DNA of 64,000 bases from a bacterium. Its GTDB lineage: Bacteria > Patescibacteriota > Microgenomatia > Woykebacterales > RBG-16-39-9b. Made by a program: the position numbers and the translations under genes. The notes under the pieces were generated by a model. That model was not told the origin of the DNA, searched no databases, and saw nothing but the letters and a program-made list of their open reading frames with translations. Shown piece after piece: positions 27,939 to 37,034 of the stretch. Within the stretch, counting starts at the first letter, position 1, and each line of letters opens with the position of its first letter. Where the stretch lies: assembly GCA_030704665.1 (NCBI GenBank), contig JAUYID010000009.1, positions 729,702-793,701 of the forward strand. The letters run 5' to 3'.

Positions 27939-29297
27939 GTGATTGTTATTAAATTCGGCGGAACCTCGGTTTCGACCAAAGACAGAATCTCGAATATTTG
28001 CGAAATAGTGAGTAAAAGAGTCACCAAAAAACCAGTAGTGGTTGTATCGGCTTTATCTGGCGTTACCGACTTACTTATTTTGGCTACGAAACCACCTGAA
28101 CAGTCGGAAAGTCTTTTTCAAAGAATCAGAGAAATTCACGTTGATCTAGTAAAGAATATCTGGAAAGAAGATGCAGCTGCAAGTAAAATAATTTCTTATG
28201 TAGACTCTACTCTTGAAGAAGCAAAAAAAGTTTCAAGTAAGGGCAATCTAGATAAATCTTCTACTGATAAACTCTCTTCCTTCGGAGAAATTATGTCTTC
28301 CTACATAGTTAACGAAGCATTAAAAAGTAGTGGAATTAAATCACAACAGGTGTTAGCAACTGAGTTGATTGTTACTGACAACAATTTTGGCGAAGCTGAA
28401 TTCCTTCCTGGAGAAACCAGGAAGGCAGTAAACAAAAACCTAAAACCTTTAATTGAGAAAGGATTAATTCCAGTGGTCACTGGATTCATTGGCTCAACAC
28501 AGGATGGGAAAACTACTACCTTGGGAAGAGGGGGTTCTGACTACTCAGCCTCAATAATTGGCTACTGTTTAAACGCTGATGAATTAGAGATTTGGACTGA
28601 TGTTGACGGGATTCTAACTGCTGATCCTAAATTAGTAAAAACAGCAAAGCTTCTAGATAGAATTTCTTATAAGGAGGCTTCAGAGCTAGCTACTTTTGGC
28701 GCTAGGGTTCTGCACCCAAGATCGATTAGACCGGCAGTAAAAGCAGGAATTCCTGTTCGAATATTAAATAGTTTTAATCTTCAATCAAAGGGTACCTCTA
28801 TTTTAGAGAAACACCAGTCTAAAAACCATATTACCGCAATTTCCTCAAAGACAAAGGTAACTCTGGTGAATATTTATTCTACAGAAATGCTTTTAAGTAA
28901 AGGTTTTTTAGCAAGAATCTTTGAAGTTTTTACCCGTCATAATATTTCAGTGGATTTAGTAAGTGTTTCTGAGGTTAGCGTATCCGTTACTTTAGATAAT
29001 AAAGATAGTATGGCCTCAGTTGTAGAAGAACTTTCGGAATTTGCCTCTGTTAATACCTCGGAGGGCTTTGGTATGGTTTCTTTAATCGGAGAGGGAGTTG
29101 TTGCTTCTTCAAAAAACATTAGCCGTATTTTTGACATCTTAGATAAAGAAGGAATTTTAGTTAAAATGGTCTCACTTGGTTCTACTGATATAAACGTCAG
29201 TCTAATTATCAGACGAGAACAGATAGAAAAAGCAGTTGTAGTTCTCCACGACCAAATATTATTAAACAATTCTAACTACATAGGAGTTAAAAAATGA
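27939..29297 (+). CDS. lysC: aspartate kinase
   Basis: VIKFGGTSV N-terminus, amino-acid kinase core and two C-terminal ACT-like repeats. Confidence 0.85.
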   Translation: MIVIKFGGTSVSTKDRISNICEIVSKRVTKKPVVVVSALSGVTDLLILATKPPEQSESLFQRIREIHVDLVKNIWKEDAAASKIISYVDSTLEEAKKVSSKGNLDKSSTDKLSSFGEIMSSYIVNEALKSSGIKSQQVLATELIVTDNNFGEAEFLPGETRKAVNKNLKPLIEKGLIPVVTGFIGSTQDGKTTTLGRGGSDYSASIIGYCLNADELEIWTDVDGILTADPKLVKTAKLLDRISYKEASELATFGARVLHPRSIRPAVKAGIPVRILNSFNLQSKGTSILEKHQSKNHITAISSKTKVTLVNIYSTEMLLSKGFLARIFEVFTRHNISVDLVSVSEVSVSVTLDNKDSMASVVEELSEFASVNTSEGFGMVSLIGEGVVASSKNISRIFDILDKEGILVKMVSLGSTDINVSLIIRREQIEKAVVVLHDQILLNNSNYIGVKK

Positions 29298-30034
29298 AAA
29301 TTGCTTTAATTGGTTACGGAAACATGGGTAAAGAAATCGAAAAGGTTCTCTCTGAAACTAAGAATCACGAGATTGTTTCCGTTAGTTACAGGAAAACAAC
29401 CGATGGTTTAGATAAAGAAGGCATTAAAAAGGCTGACGTAGCTTTAGACTTTACTTCCCCAGAGATAGTATTGAACAATACAAGAGAAGTAGCGTCTTTA
29501 GGTAAGAATTTGGTTATTGGAACTACTGGTTGGTATGATAATCTCGAAGAAGTTAAAAGTCTAGTAAAAGAAAATAACATCGGTTTGATTTATGGTCAGA
29601 ACTTTTCCATTGGGGCTAATATATTCTTCAAAATTGTCGCTTTTGGCAGTAGCCTATTAAGCAGATTTGGGGACTATGATGTTTTCGGTTATGAAATCCA
29701 TCACAAAGGCAAAAAAGATAGCCCCAGTGGTACTGCAAGGAAACTTTCTAGTTTAATTATGAAAAACTTTCCTAGTAAAAAGACTCTCCAAGAAAACAAA
29801 CTCGATAGGCAAATAAAAGATGAGGAGTTGCATTTTGCTTCGGTTCGAGGTGGTCACAACACGGGTCTTCATGAAGTAGTGTTTGATAGCCAGGCGGACG
29901 AAATTGGTCTCACCCACAGGACTCACGGAAGACGCGGTTTTGCAGAGGGGGCTATAATGGCAGCTGAGTTTATTGACGGTAAAAAAGGACTTTATACAGT
30001 TGATGATTTATTTGATCAGGAGAATTTAAAATGA
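29294..30034 (+). CDS. dapB: 4-hydroxy-tetrahydrodipicolinate reductase
   Basis: KIALIGYGNMGKEI Rossmann N-terminus and EIHHKGKKDSPSGTA. 246 aa. Confidence 0.85.
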   Translation: MKIALIGYGNMGKEIEKVLSETKNHEIVSVSYRKTTDGLDKEGIKKADVALDFTSPEIVLNNTREVASLGKNLVIGTTGWYDNLEEVKSLVKENNIGLIYGQNFSIGANIFFKIVAFGSSLLSRFGDYDVFGYEIHHKGKKDSPSGTARKLSSLIMKNFPSKKTLQENKLDRQIKDEELHFASVRGGHNTGLHEVVFDSQADEIGLTHRTHGRRGFAEGAIMAAEFIDGKKGLYTVDDLFDQENLK

Positions 30035-30918
30035 GTAAGAAATTTATTGGGGCAATAACAGCGCTAGTAACACCTTTCCAGGAAAACGGCAATGTCGATG
30101 TCGAGGCATTAAAAGGCCTTGTTAAATTCCAAATTGATAGTGGTATTTATGGAATTGTTCCTTGTGGTTCAACAGGAGAAGCGGCCACTTTAAACCTTGA
30201 AGAGTATGAATTAGTTGTAAAAACAGTCGTGGATGAAACTAAGGGAAGAGTTCCTGTCATTGCCGGAGCAGGAAGTAACGATACTCAAAAAGCAATAGAA
30301 TTTTCAAAAATAGCAAAGAAAGTTGGAGCAGATGCACTACTTCATGTCAGCCCCTACTACAATAAACCTACTCCAGACGGACTAGTGGCTCATTTCAAAG
30401 CAATTGCTGATGCGGTTGACTTACCGATTATTATTTACAACGTACCTGGTAGAACTGGACTTAATATCAAAGCGGAAACAACTTTAAGAATTGCTAAAGA
30501 AGTACCAGCAGTTGTAGGAATAAAAGAGGCCTCAGGTGACTTAAATCAGATGATGGAAATTATTAAAGGAGTACCAGAAAGTTTTTCAGTTCTCTCTGGA
30601 GATGATTCTTTAACTTTGCCTTTAATGATTCTAGGTGGTAAGGGATGTATTTCTGTAGTTTCCAATGAAGTTCCTAAAGAGTTTTCTGAGATGGTTAGCG
30701 CTGCGTTGGAAGGTAATTGGAAAAAAGCAAAAGAACTTCACTTTGAACTGTTAGATCTTATGAATGTCAACTTCATTGAAACTAATCCAATACCCGTTAA
30801 AACCTCACTTGCTCTTATGGGGAAAATTAAAGAGGTGTTTCGTTTGCCGTTAGTAAAAATAACTGACAAAAACAGAGAAATTCTCTCCCAAGTATTAAAA
30901 AAGCAAAATCTAATATGA
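30031..30918 (+). CDS. dapA: 4-hydroxy-tetrahydrodipicolinate synthase
   Basis: GAITALVTPF...GSTGEAATL...IIYNVPGRTG. Confidence 0.85.
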   Translation: MSKKFIGAITALVTPFQENGNVDVEALKGLVKFQIDSGIYGIVPCGSTGEAATLNLEEYELVVKTVVDETKGRVPVIAGAGSNDTQKAIEFSKIAKKVGADALLHVSPYYNKPTPDGLVAHFKAIADAVDLPIIIYNVPGRTGLNIKAETTLRIAKEVPAVVGIKEASGDLNQMMEIIKGVPESFSVLSGDDSLTLPLMILGGKGCISVVSNEVPKEFSEMVSAALEGNWKKAKELHFELLDLMNVNFIETNPIPVKTSLALMGKIKEVFRLPLVKITDKNREILSQVLKKQNLI

Positions 30919-31961
30919 GTAAAATAAAAGTTGGAATTTTAGGTGCAACGGGTAATGTTGGGCAAAGATTTGTCCAACTTTTATCTGACCATCCCTGGTT
31001 TGAAATAGCCAATCTTTGCGCTTCAGAGAAAAGCGCAGGTAAACCTTATAAAGAGGTAGTTAATTGGAAAGTCTCTGCTAGTATTCCCAAGAAGGCAGAA
31101 AATTTAGTAGTTGGTCTTTGTGAACCCAAAATAGATGCCAAAATAGTTTTTTCTGGTCTTGATTCATCAGTAGCTGGCGAAATAGAAGAAAGATTCGCCA
31201 AAGCTGGTTATGTCGTAATAAGTAATTCTAAAAACCACCGTATGGATCCAGATGTTCCCCTACTTATTCCAGAAGTAAATCCTGATCATTTAGCTTTGGT
31301 TGAGCAGCAAAAGAAAAGGTTTGGCAGTGGAGGTTTTATAGTAACCAACCCAAACTGCACTACAGTTGGACTTACTATGGTTCTAAAACCATTACATGAC
31401 GCTTTCGTAATAAAGCAGGCAGTAGTTACAACTATGCAAGCTCTGTCTGGTGCAGGTTATCCAGGAGTTCCTTCCTTGGACACTATTGATAATGTGGTTC
31501 CTTACATAGGCGACGAAGAAGATAAAGTAGAAACCGAACCTTTAAAACTTCTTGGAAAATTTTCGGAAAGTAAGGTTATTGACGCATCAATCAAAATAGA
31601 CGCTCATTGTAATAGAGTTTCGGTAAGAGACGGACATCTAGAAACAATAACACTAGGTTTTGAAAAGAAACCTTCAATTGAAGAGGTTATAAAAGTTTTA
31701 GAGAAATTCACCGCTCTTCCTCAAGAGCTAAAGTTACCATCGGCTCCAAAACAACCTATCGTTTACCGAAGTGAAAATGATAGACCTCAACCTTCTTTGG
31801 ATAGAGATATCAATAATGGTATGTCAGTTACTGTGGGGAGGGTAAGAGAATCAAAAACAATGCATATTAAACTGACCTTATTGGTTCACAACACCATTAG
31901 AGGTGCTGCCGGTGCCGCTATATTGAATGCGGAGCTTTTAAAAGCAAAAGGTCTCATCTAA
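30915..31961 (+). CDS. asd: aspartate-semialdehyde dehydrogenase
   Basis: GATGNVGQRF N-terminus and active-site NPNCTT. Confidence 0.85.
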   Translation: MSKIKVGILGATGNVGQRFVQLLSDHPWFEIANLCASEKSAGKPYKEVVNWKVSASIPKKAENLVVGLCEPKIDAKIVFSGLDSSVAGEIEERFAKAGYVVISNSKNHRMDPDVPLLIPEVNPDHLALVEQQKKRFGSGGFIVTNPNCTTVGLTMVLKPLHDAFVIKQAVVTTMQALSGAGYPGVPSLDTIDNVVPYIGDEEDKVETEPLKLLGKFSESKVIDASIKIDAHCNRVSVRDGHLETITLGFEKKPSIEEVIKVLEKFTALPQELKLPSAPKQPIVYRSENDRPQPSLDRDINNGMSVTVGRVRESKTMHIKLTLLVHNTIRGAAGAAILNAELLKAKGLI

Positions 31962-32187
31962 CACTTCCCTTTCTTTAATCAAACTTAATAAGCAGCATTA
32001 CCCAACGGATAAGACTCGAAAACAACCTCCCATTCCTTGAGAACCCCAACAAACTGGTCCATAGTTTGGTACGAAATAACGAACTTGCTGTTCACCAAAA
32101 CTTGACAGTACTAACTAAATAGTTTAATTTCAATATAATAAGGAGCTGCTCAATCTTCTTTAATTTTTAGATTGGCAAAAATCTTTC

Positions 32188-32871
32188 ATGCCCGAAGAAA
32201 ATCAAACCAATCCAACCACCCCGGCTGTACCAAACCCAACTCCAGCTGAACCAACGACTCAACCAAGCCCACCAGTAGTCGGGATAGATCCAGCACCGCC
32301 TACGACAACCGATCCTCTGACAACACCTGAAGTACCTGCTCCTCCGCCCCCTCCAGAACCGGCACCAAGCGCCGCTCCGACAGCGATACCAGAACCAACT
32401 CCGAGCGTAACACCGCAACCTATACCAACACCGGAACCGCCAGCACCAGTTGTGACTCCGCAGCGGCCCGCGCCAGCAGACAATCTGGCCCCAGCACCGA
32501 CTCCAAGCCCTATGCCAGCAACACCAATGGGATCAACACCAACACCTGCCCTCGATACTGCGGTCGGACCGTCTTGGATGAGACCTGAAGCAGCAAACTC
32601 AAGTCCCAACCCACCTACTCCCGCTGCAGTCTCTGCACCAGGACCAGCACCAGCTGCTCCGGCGCCCACACCAAGCGATGTGGTTCTTCCCTGGCAACAC
32701 AAAGAAGATGCCTCCGCACCAGAAGCGGACAAACCCAACTCAGTCCAAGCCAGTACCGTCCAAAAATCCGGCGGTTTTCCAATTGTAATTTTTTTGGTGG
32801 TTGTCCTTCTGATCTTAGTCGCAATTGGGGTTTTCCTTTACACCCAAAAAGCCTTACCTTTCCAGAGCTAA
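32188..32871 (+). CDS. Pro/Thr/Ala-rich low-complexity protein with C-terminal TM anchor
   Basis: 227 aa. PTPAEPT-type repeats and a C-terminal FPIVIFLVVVLLILVAIGVFLY helix. Confidence 0.5.
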   Translation: MPEENQTNPTTPAVPNPTPAEPTTQPSPPVVGIDPAPPTTTDPLTTPEVPAPPPPPEPAPSAAPTAIPEPTPSVTPQPIPTPEPPAPVVTPQRPAPADNLAPAPTPSPMPATPMGSTPTPALDTAVGPSWMRPEAANSSPNPPTPAAVSAPGPAPAAPAPTPSDVVLPWQHKEDASAPEADKPNSVQASTVQKSGGFPIVIFLVVVLLILVAIGVFLYTQKALPFQS

Positions 32872-32944
32872 GAGTTTTTTAAACACCGATCACAAGCCAC
32901 AGCTGTTTGACTGGCACGTCTATTCACGCTAAACTCAAAATAGA

Positions 32945-34066
32945 ATGGCTGCTTCTGCCCAAAAACCTGCTGGCAATCAAGATCACCCCTTCGCTTCCAA
33001 AAGCGAGCTCGAGGGCAATTTCCTTGCGGAAAACAAGGTTCTTCTAGACAAAGTCGAGTCTTCCAAAATCCCGGCAACTCTAAAGCTAGACCTAGCTGAC
33101 AGGCTAAAACGGCTCAACCGCTCCATGCAGTTTGGTAGCTATCAAGCTGACTATGAATCAACCTCAAAATACATAAACTGGCTGCTTGCCTTACCTTGGG
33201 AAAACCGAAGTGAAGACAAGTTGGATTTAACTTTAGCGAAGCAAACTCTCGACAAAAGCCACTACGGGCTTGAAAAAATCAAGGAACGAATCATTGAGTA
33301 TTTAGCAGTTTTAAAACTACAAAGCGAAGCGGAAAACTCCGGGGTCATCAAAATTTCCCGCTCCCCGGTTCTCTGCTTTGTCGGTTTGCCAGGAACTGGG
33401 AAGACCTCCTTTGCCTTAGCGATCGCGCAAGCTTTGGGCCGAGAATTTGTTCGTATCCCGATGGGAGGAATGAGCAACGCCCTTGTTTTAAGGGGACAAC
33501 CACGGGGTTATCCTGAGGCAGAGCCGGGGATGGTCGTCAAGAGCCTTCGTCGCGCCGGAACCAAAAATCCCGTTGTCCTTCTCGATGAAATTGATTCAAC
33601 CGCCGAGGGAGCTGCTTCTGATATCATGGGTGTTCTTCTCGAGCTTCTCGATCCAGAGCAAAACTCTGCTTTTACTGATTACTATATCGACTTCCCTTTT
33701 GATCTCTCTGAGGTCCTTTTTCTTTGCTCGGCCAACAAATTGGGTAATATTACAAGCGCGGTCATGGACCGCATGGAAGTAATTTTAATGCCCCGCTACA
33801 CTGATGATGACAAAATTCATATTGCCCGCGACTATCTTTTCCCACGGGAACTCAGTGTTGTTGGTTTGAAACCGGAAACAGTCAGCTTTGATGAAGCGGT
33901 CTGGCCTCTGGTAATCAAACCCTTTGGCTATGAAATTGATGTTCGCAATATGGAAAGGACCATCAACGGAATTTTGAGAAAAGTAGCGCGAAAATATGTT
34001 GATGGCAGTCTCCAACAGGTCACAATTAATTCCTCAAACCTCAAAGATTTTCTTCCTGAGTGGTAA
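32945..34066 (+). CDS. Lon-like AAA+ ATPase lacking the C-terminal protease domain
   Basis: Lon A-domain motifs LCFVGLPGTGKTS...VVLLDEIDS...LLELLDPEQNSAFTDYYID...MDRMEVI. The ORF ends at 373 aa with no S-K dyad domain. Confidence 0.7.
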   Translation: MAASAQKPAGNQDHPFASKSELEGNFLAENKVLLDKVESSKIPATLKLDLADRLKRLNRSMQFGSYQADYESTSKYINWLLALPWENRSEDKLDLTLAKQTLDKSHYGLEKIKERIIEYLAVLKLQSEAENSGVIKISRSPVLCFVGLPGTGKTSFALAIAQALGREFVRIPMGGMSNALVLRGQPRGYPEAEPGMVVKSLRRAGTKNPVVLLDEIDSTAEGAASDIMGVLLELLDPEQNSAFTDYYIDFPFDLSEVLFLCSANKLGNITSAVMDRMEVILMPRYTDDDKIHIARDYLFPRELSVVGLKPETVSFDEAVWPLVIKPFGYEIDVRNMERTINGILRKVARKYVDGSLQQVTINSSNLKDFLPEW

Positions 34067-34086
34067 AGCCCTCTAGTAAAAAAGGA

Positions 34087-34106
34087 AGAGCCGCCTGCAG
34101 GCGGCT
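34087..34106 (-). terminator. palindromic terminator hairpin (probably bidirectional)
   Basis: GAGCCGCCUGCAGGCGGCUC is a perfect 8-bp stem. On the minus strand it is followed by UUCCUUUUUU, downstream of the 34140 gene stop. Confidence 0.55.
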
Positions 34107-34139
34107 CTGAACCTTCTAAAAACAAAGTAAGTTTAAGTT

Positions 34140-34724
34140 TTACGGACTTACTGTGTTTGTTCCACCACTATTGGCAACACCAACTGAAGTGGTCGCTCCA
34201 CCAGTCTCAACTGTACCACTACCTGTGTTCTTGTTCGCCTTGTTCTTGCCAGTTTTGGCTTTGACTTTGGCTTTGTTTTTCACCTTGAGATTGTTGCTCT
34301 GCCCTACCGTGTTAGTTTTTGTACTGCTGGCAGTTGTGGTGTTGACGGAACCTGCTCCAGTAGTCTCATTTGTGGCCGCATTGTTTACGTCACACTCGCA
34401 CGTGCAACCGTTGCTAGCTGTATTTGAACTTCCGGAATTGACGATCGAAACAGTTGCGCTGGCATCCCCAGTCGTCACCGAACCATCACCAGTGTTCTGG
34501 CTGGCGCTATTACCACCAGTGTTAGCGTTAACACTAATATCGTTGTTGATATCGACAACGTTGCTCTGCCCAATGACAGAAGAACAAACGCTTGTAGCGA
34601 TTGCAGTGTTGACTGATCCAGCACCGGTGTTTGAGTTGCTAGCGGTGTTGTCAGCCAAGGCGGGCACTACTGCTAGAGCAACTCCGGCTAAACCCAAGCC
34701 AGGAATTGTGAAAAGTCTTTTCAT
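34140..34724 (-). CDS. secreted N/T/G/S-rich repeat protein
   Basis: Signal peptide MKRLFTIPGLGLAGVALAVVPALADNTASNSNTG, with loose similarity to the SipW-cognate signal of the 40535 gene. Repeated N-T-G-x-G-S-V motifs. Confidence 0.5.
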   Translation of the reverse strand: MKRLFTIPGLGLAGVALAVVPALADNTASNSNTGAGSVNTAIATSVCSSVIGQSNVVDINNDISVNANTGGNSASQNTGDGSVTTGDASATVSIVNSGSSNTASNGCTCECDVNNAATNETTGAGSVNTTTASSTKTNTVGQSNNLKVKNKAKVKAKTGKNKANKNTGSGTVETGGATTSVGVANSGGTNTVSP

Positions 34725-34983
34725 TTATTTCTCACCTCCTTTCATCTTCTTAAACTGTAAATTGACAACAAAAAACCAACCCCCAAAAAACGGAAGTTGG
34801 TCGCATCTTTTTTTGCTTTTTGGCTGAGACAGTTTTCATGGCAGTATCCAAAAGCTTTCAGTACAAGCACTTTTGCTCTGAGCCTCCGTTGGCGGTCGGC
34901 TCACGTTTTCATTTTATTTGAAGGCAGAAAAAAGAGGCAGAAAGAACGGGTTTTATTTTAGAGAGAGGCCACTGTAGTGTCAA
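34725..34983 (-). promoter_or_regulatory. promoter (TTGACA-17-TAAAAT) plus a ~220-nt conserved 5' leader with attenuator hairpin (copy A)
   Basis: -35 at 34978-34983 and -10 at 34955-34960 (minus strand). Leader blocks AGCCGACCGCCAA, UGCCAUGA and ACCAAC-loop-GUUGGU+U6, plus 19 nt spanning RBS to start, are shared with 41075-41326. Confidence 0.45.
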
Positions 34984-35007
34984 GACAAATCAATTAGTTA
35001 TAGGGCA

Positions 35008-35868
35008 CTAAAGTGCCCTGCGAGCTTCGCTCTTAGGATTTGGGGGGGTTTGCTTTTCTTCAAATTCCTCTTTGCATTCTTTTGAACAGAAATAATAGGT
35101 CTTGATAGAAGTAACTAGTTGTGGGGTGGTCGCTGTCTTTTCCACTCTGGTGCCACAGTTTGGATCGTGCTCGAGTATTTCGATTTCTTTGAAACGTCCG
35201 TCTTCGAGCCAAAGGATGCGGTCAGCAATTTCTTTGAGCCTTTCGTCATGGCTAACCACCACGACGGTTTTGCCCATATTTTTGGCCACACGAGACAGAA
35301 GCCTCATCACCTCTTTTCCTTTTTTAGAATCAAGGTTGGCGGTTGGTTCGTCAGCAAGGATGAGCTTGGGATCGTTGGTCAGGGCTCGAGCGATAGAAAC
35401 TCTCTGCTGCTCGCCTCCAGAAAGTTTTCTGGGACGAAAGTTTCTTCTCTGAGTCAGGTCAAAAGTTTCCAAAAGACCGTTTACTTTTTGTCTAGCTAGT
35501 CTCTTTGGAACACGGGCCAGGAGCAAAGGCACAAGAACATTTTCAAAAACAGTCAGGTTTTCTAGCAAATTAAAGGATTGAAAAATAAAACCGATTTTAG
35601 CTTGACGGATTTTTGTTAGTGTCCGATCGTCAGCATCAGCAACTTCTTCTCCATCAATTTTGACTGATCCTTGGCTAGGTCTCAGCATCGCTCCAGCAAT
35701 AGTAATAAAAGTAGTTTTACCTGATCCGGAGGGGCCCATGATCAGAACAACTTCACCTGCCCAAGCTTCAAAATTGATGTCATCTACTGCTCGAACTTGG
35801 ATCGTGCCGAAGCCAAAAATTTTGGTTACATTTTTCAGTTCTAAAGTTGGTTTTTCTGGCAACCTCAT
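35008..35868 (-). CDS. ABC transporter ATP-binding protein (MacB/LolD-like) with C-terminal YHS metal-binding domain
   Basis: Walker [18 protein letters not shown] and ILADEPT. The C-terminal DPNCGTRVE...TYYFCSKECKEEF is YHS-type. Confidence 0.8.
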   Translation of the reverse strand: MRLPEKPTLELKNVTKIFGFGTIQVRAVDDINFEAWAGEVVLIMGPSGSGKTTFITIAGAMLRPSQGSVKIDGEEVADADDRTLTKIRQAKIGFIFQSFNLLENLTVFENVLVPLLLARVPKRLARQKVNGLLETFDLTQRRNFRPRKLSGGEQQRVSIARALTNDPKLILADEPTANLDSKKGKEVMRLLSRVAKNMGKTVVVVSHDERLKEIADRILWLEDGRFKEIEILEHDPNCGTRVEKTATTPQLVTSIKTYYFCSKECKEEFEEKQTPPNPKSEARRAL

Positions 35869-36968
35869 GATCGAAACACCTCAGCTGGGTCAATATGAAT
35901 TATCCGCCGTACTGGTATGTAAGAAGCAAAAATACTCATTGTATTGGCCAAAACAAAAACATTGACCAAATCTACCCCTCTCGTAGTCGTGACAAAAACA
36001 GGAACGAAGTTCGGAATAATCCAAAGTAGCAAGAAAGTTAGACCAACCCCGACGAAATAACCAATTATTCCTGAAACGAAGGACTGCTGAAAGATAATCT
36101 GATAAATTTGCAGGTTTGACCCACCAATTGCCTTCAAAACGCCAAATTCCCGCGCTTTTTCGATAGTAGCTGTGTAAATAGTTAGCCCAATCACGGCGGT
36201 TCCCACTAAAACACTGATCAGAACTAAGACTGCAATGATTGGAACAAAAACTTCGTCAATTAGGCGTCGGTTTTTATCGACGAATTCTTCCCTATCCAAA
36301 GCATCCACACCACCAATTTGGTTGATCTCGTCCCTTACTTCGTCGAGTTTGCCAGAGTCAGTCTTTACCAAGTAAAAGTTGGTAAAGCCTTCTGTGCCAA
36401 AAAGTTTAATCGCTTCTTTTTGGTCGATAAAGGAGAATTGAAAAAGAAACATGTTGGCCCCGTCAGCAATTCCCACTACTTTGAGGCTCGTCCCAAAGAT
36501 TTCGACGAATTCTCCTATTTCCAATTTTTTGTTTTTGGCTAGCACTTTATCTACCACTATTTCTCCTTCGTCCGGTACTTTCTTCCCTGAGAGCATTTTC
36601 TTTGGTCCAGAAATTGGCTTTTCTGGATCAAAACCAACGATATAGGTGTTGACGTCTTTATTTTTCAGGGAAAAACTGACTGGCTTACCCACAAATTTAT
36701 TTACTTGGGACACTCCGGGAAGTGTCTTTATTTTTAGCCCAACTGAGTCTGGAATGAGTGAAGCACTACTGGTGATATCAGCCGAGCCTGATTGAGTAAC
36801 CCAAAGGTCAGTATCAATACCCCGGATATACTCGGTTGCCTTAACACGCCACCCTTGATAAAGGGAGAGAATGATCAAAATAAGCATGACAGAAAAAGCG
36901 ACACCACCTACAGAGATTGCGAAACGGGTTTTTTCTGCAAAAAGATTTCTTAGGGCAATTGAAACCAT
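35865..36968 (-). CDS. ABC transporter permease, FtsX/MacB family
   Basis: 367 aa. TM1, then a large extracytoplasmic domain, then 3 TM helices. Overlaps the ATPase gene start. Confidence 0.75.
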   Translation of the reverse strand: MVSIALRNLFAEKTRFAISVGGVAFSVMLILIILSLYQGWRVKATEYIRGIDTDLWVTQSGSADITSSASLIPDSVGLKIKTLPGVSQVNKFVGKPVSFSLKNKDVNTYIVGFDPEKPISGPKKMLSGKKVPDEGEIVVDKVLAKNKKLEIGEFVEIFGTSLKVVGIADGANMFLFQFSFIDQKEAIKLFGTEGFTNFYLVKTDSGKLDEVRDEINQIGGVDALDREEFVDKNRRLIDEVFVPIIAVLVLISVLVGTAVIGLTIYTATIEKAREFGVLKAIGGSNLQIYQIIFQQSFVSGIIGYFVGVGLTFLLLWIIPNFVPVFVTTTRGVDLVNVFVLANTMSIFASYIPVRRIIHIDPAEVFRS

Positions 36969-37034
36969 AGTTTGAAAGGTCAGTACAAAACTTCTTTTAT
37001 TTTGAACTAAAGGAAAGGTTTCTTCAAGTAGAGA

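Noticed and set aside
32259-32738. 159-aa Gly/Ala-rich ORF on the minus strand
   Set aside because: Mirror-strand artefact of the Pro/Thr/Ala-rich gene at 32188-32871. GC-rich low-complexity sequence keeps the antisense frames open.
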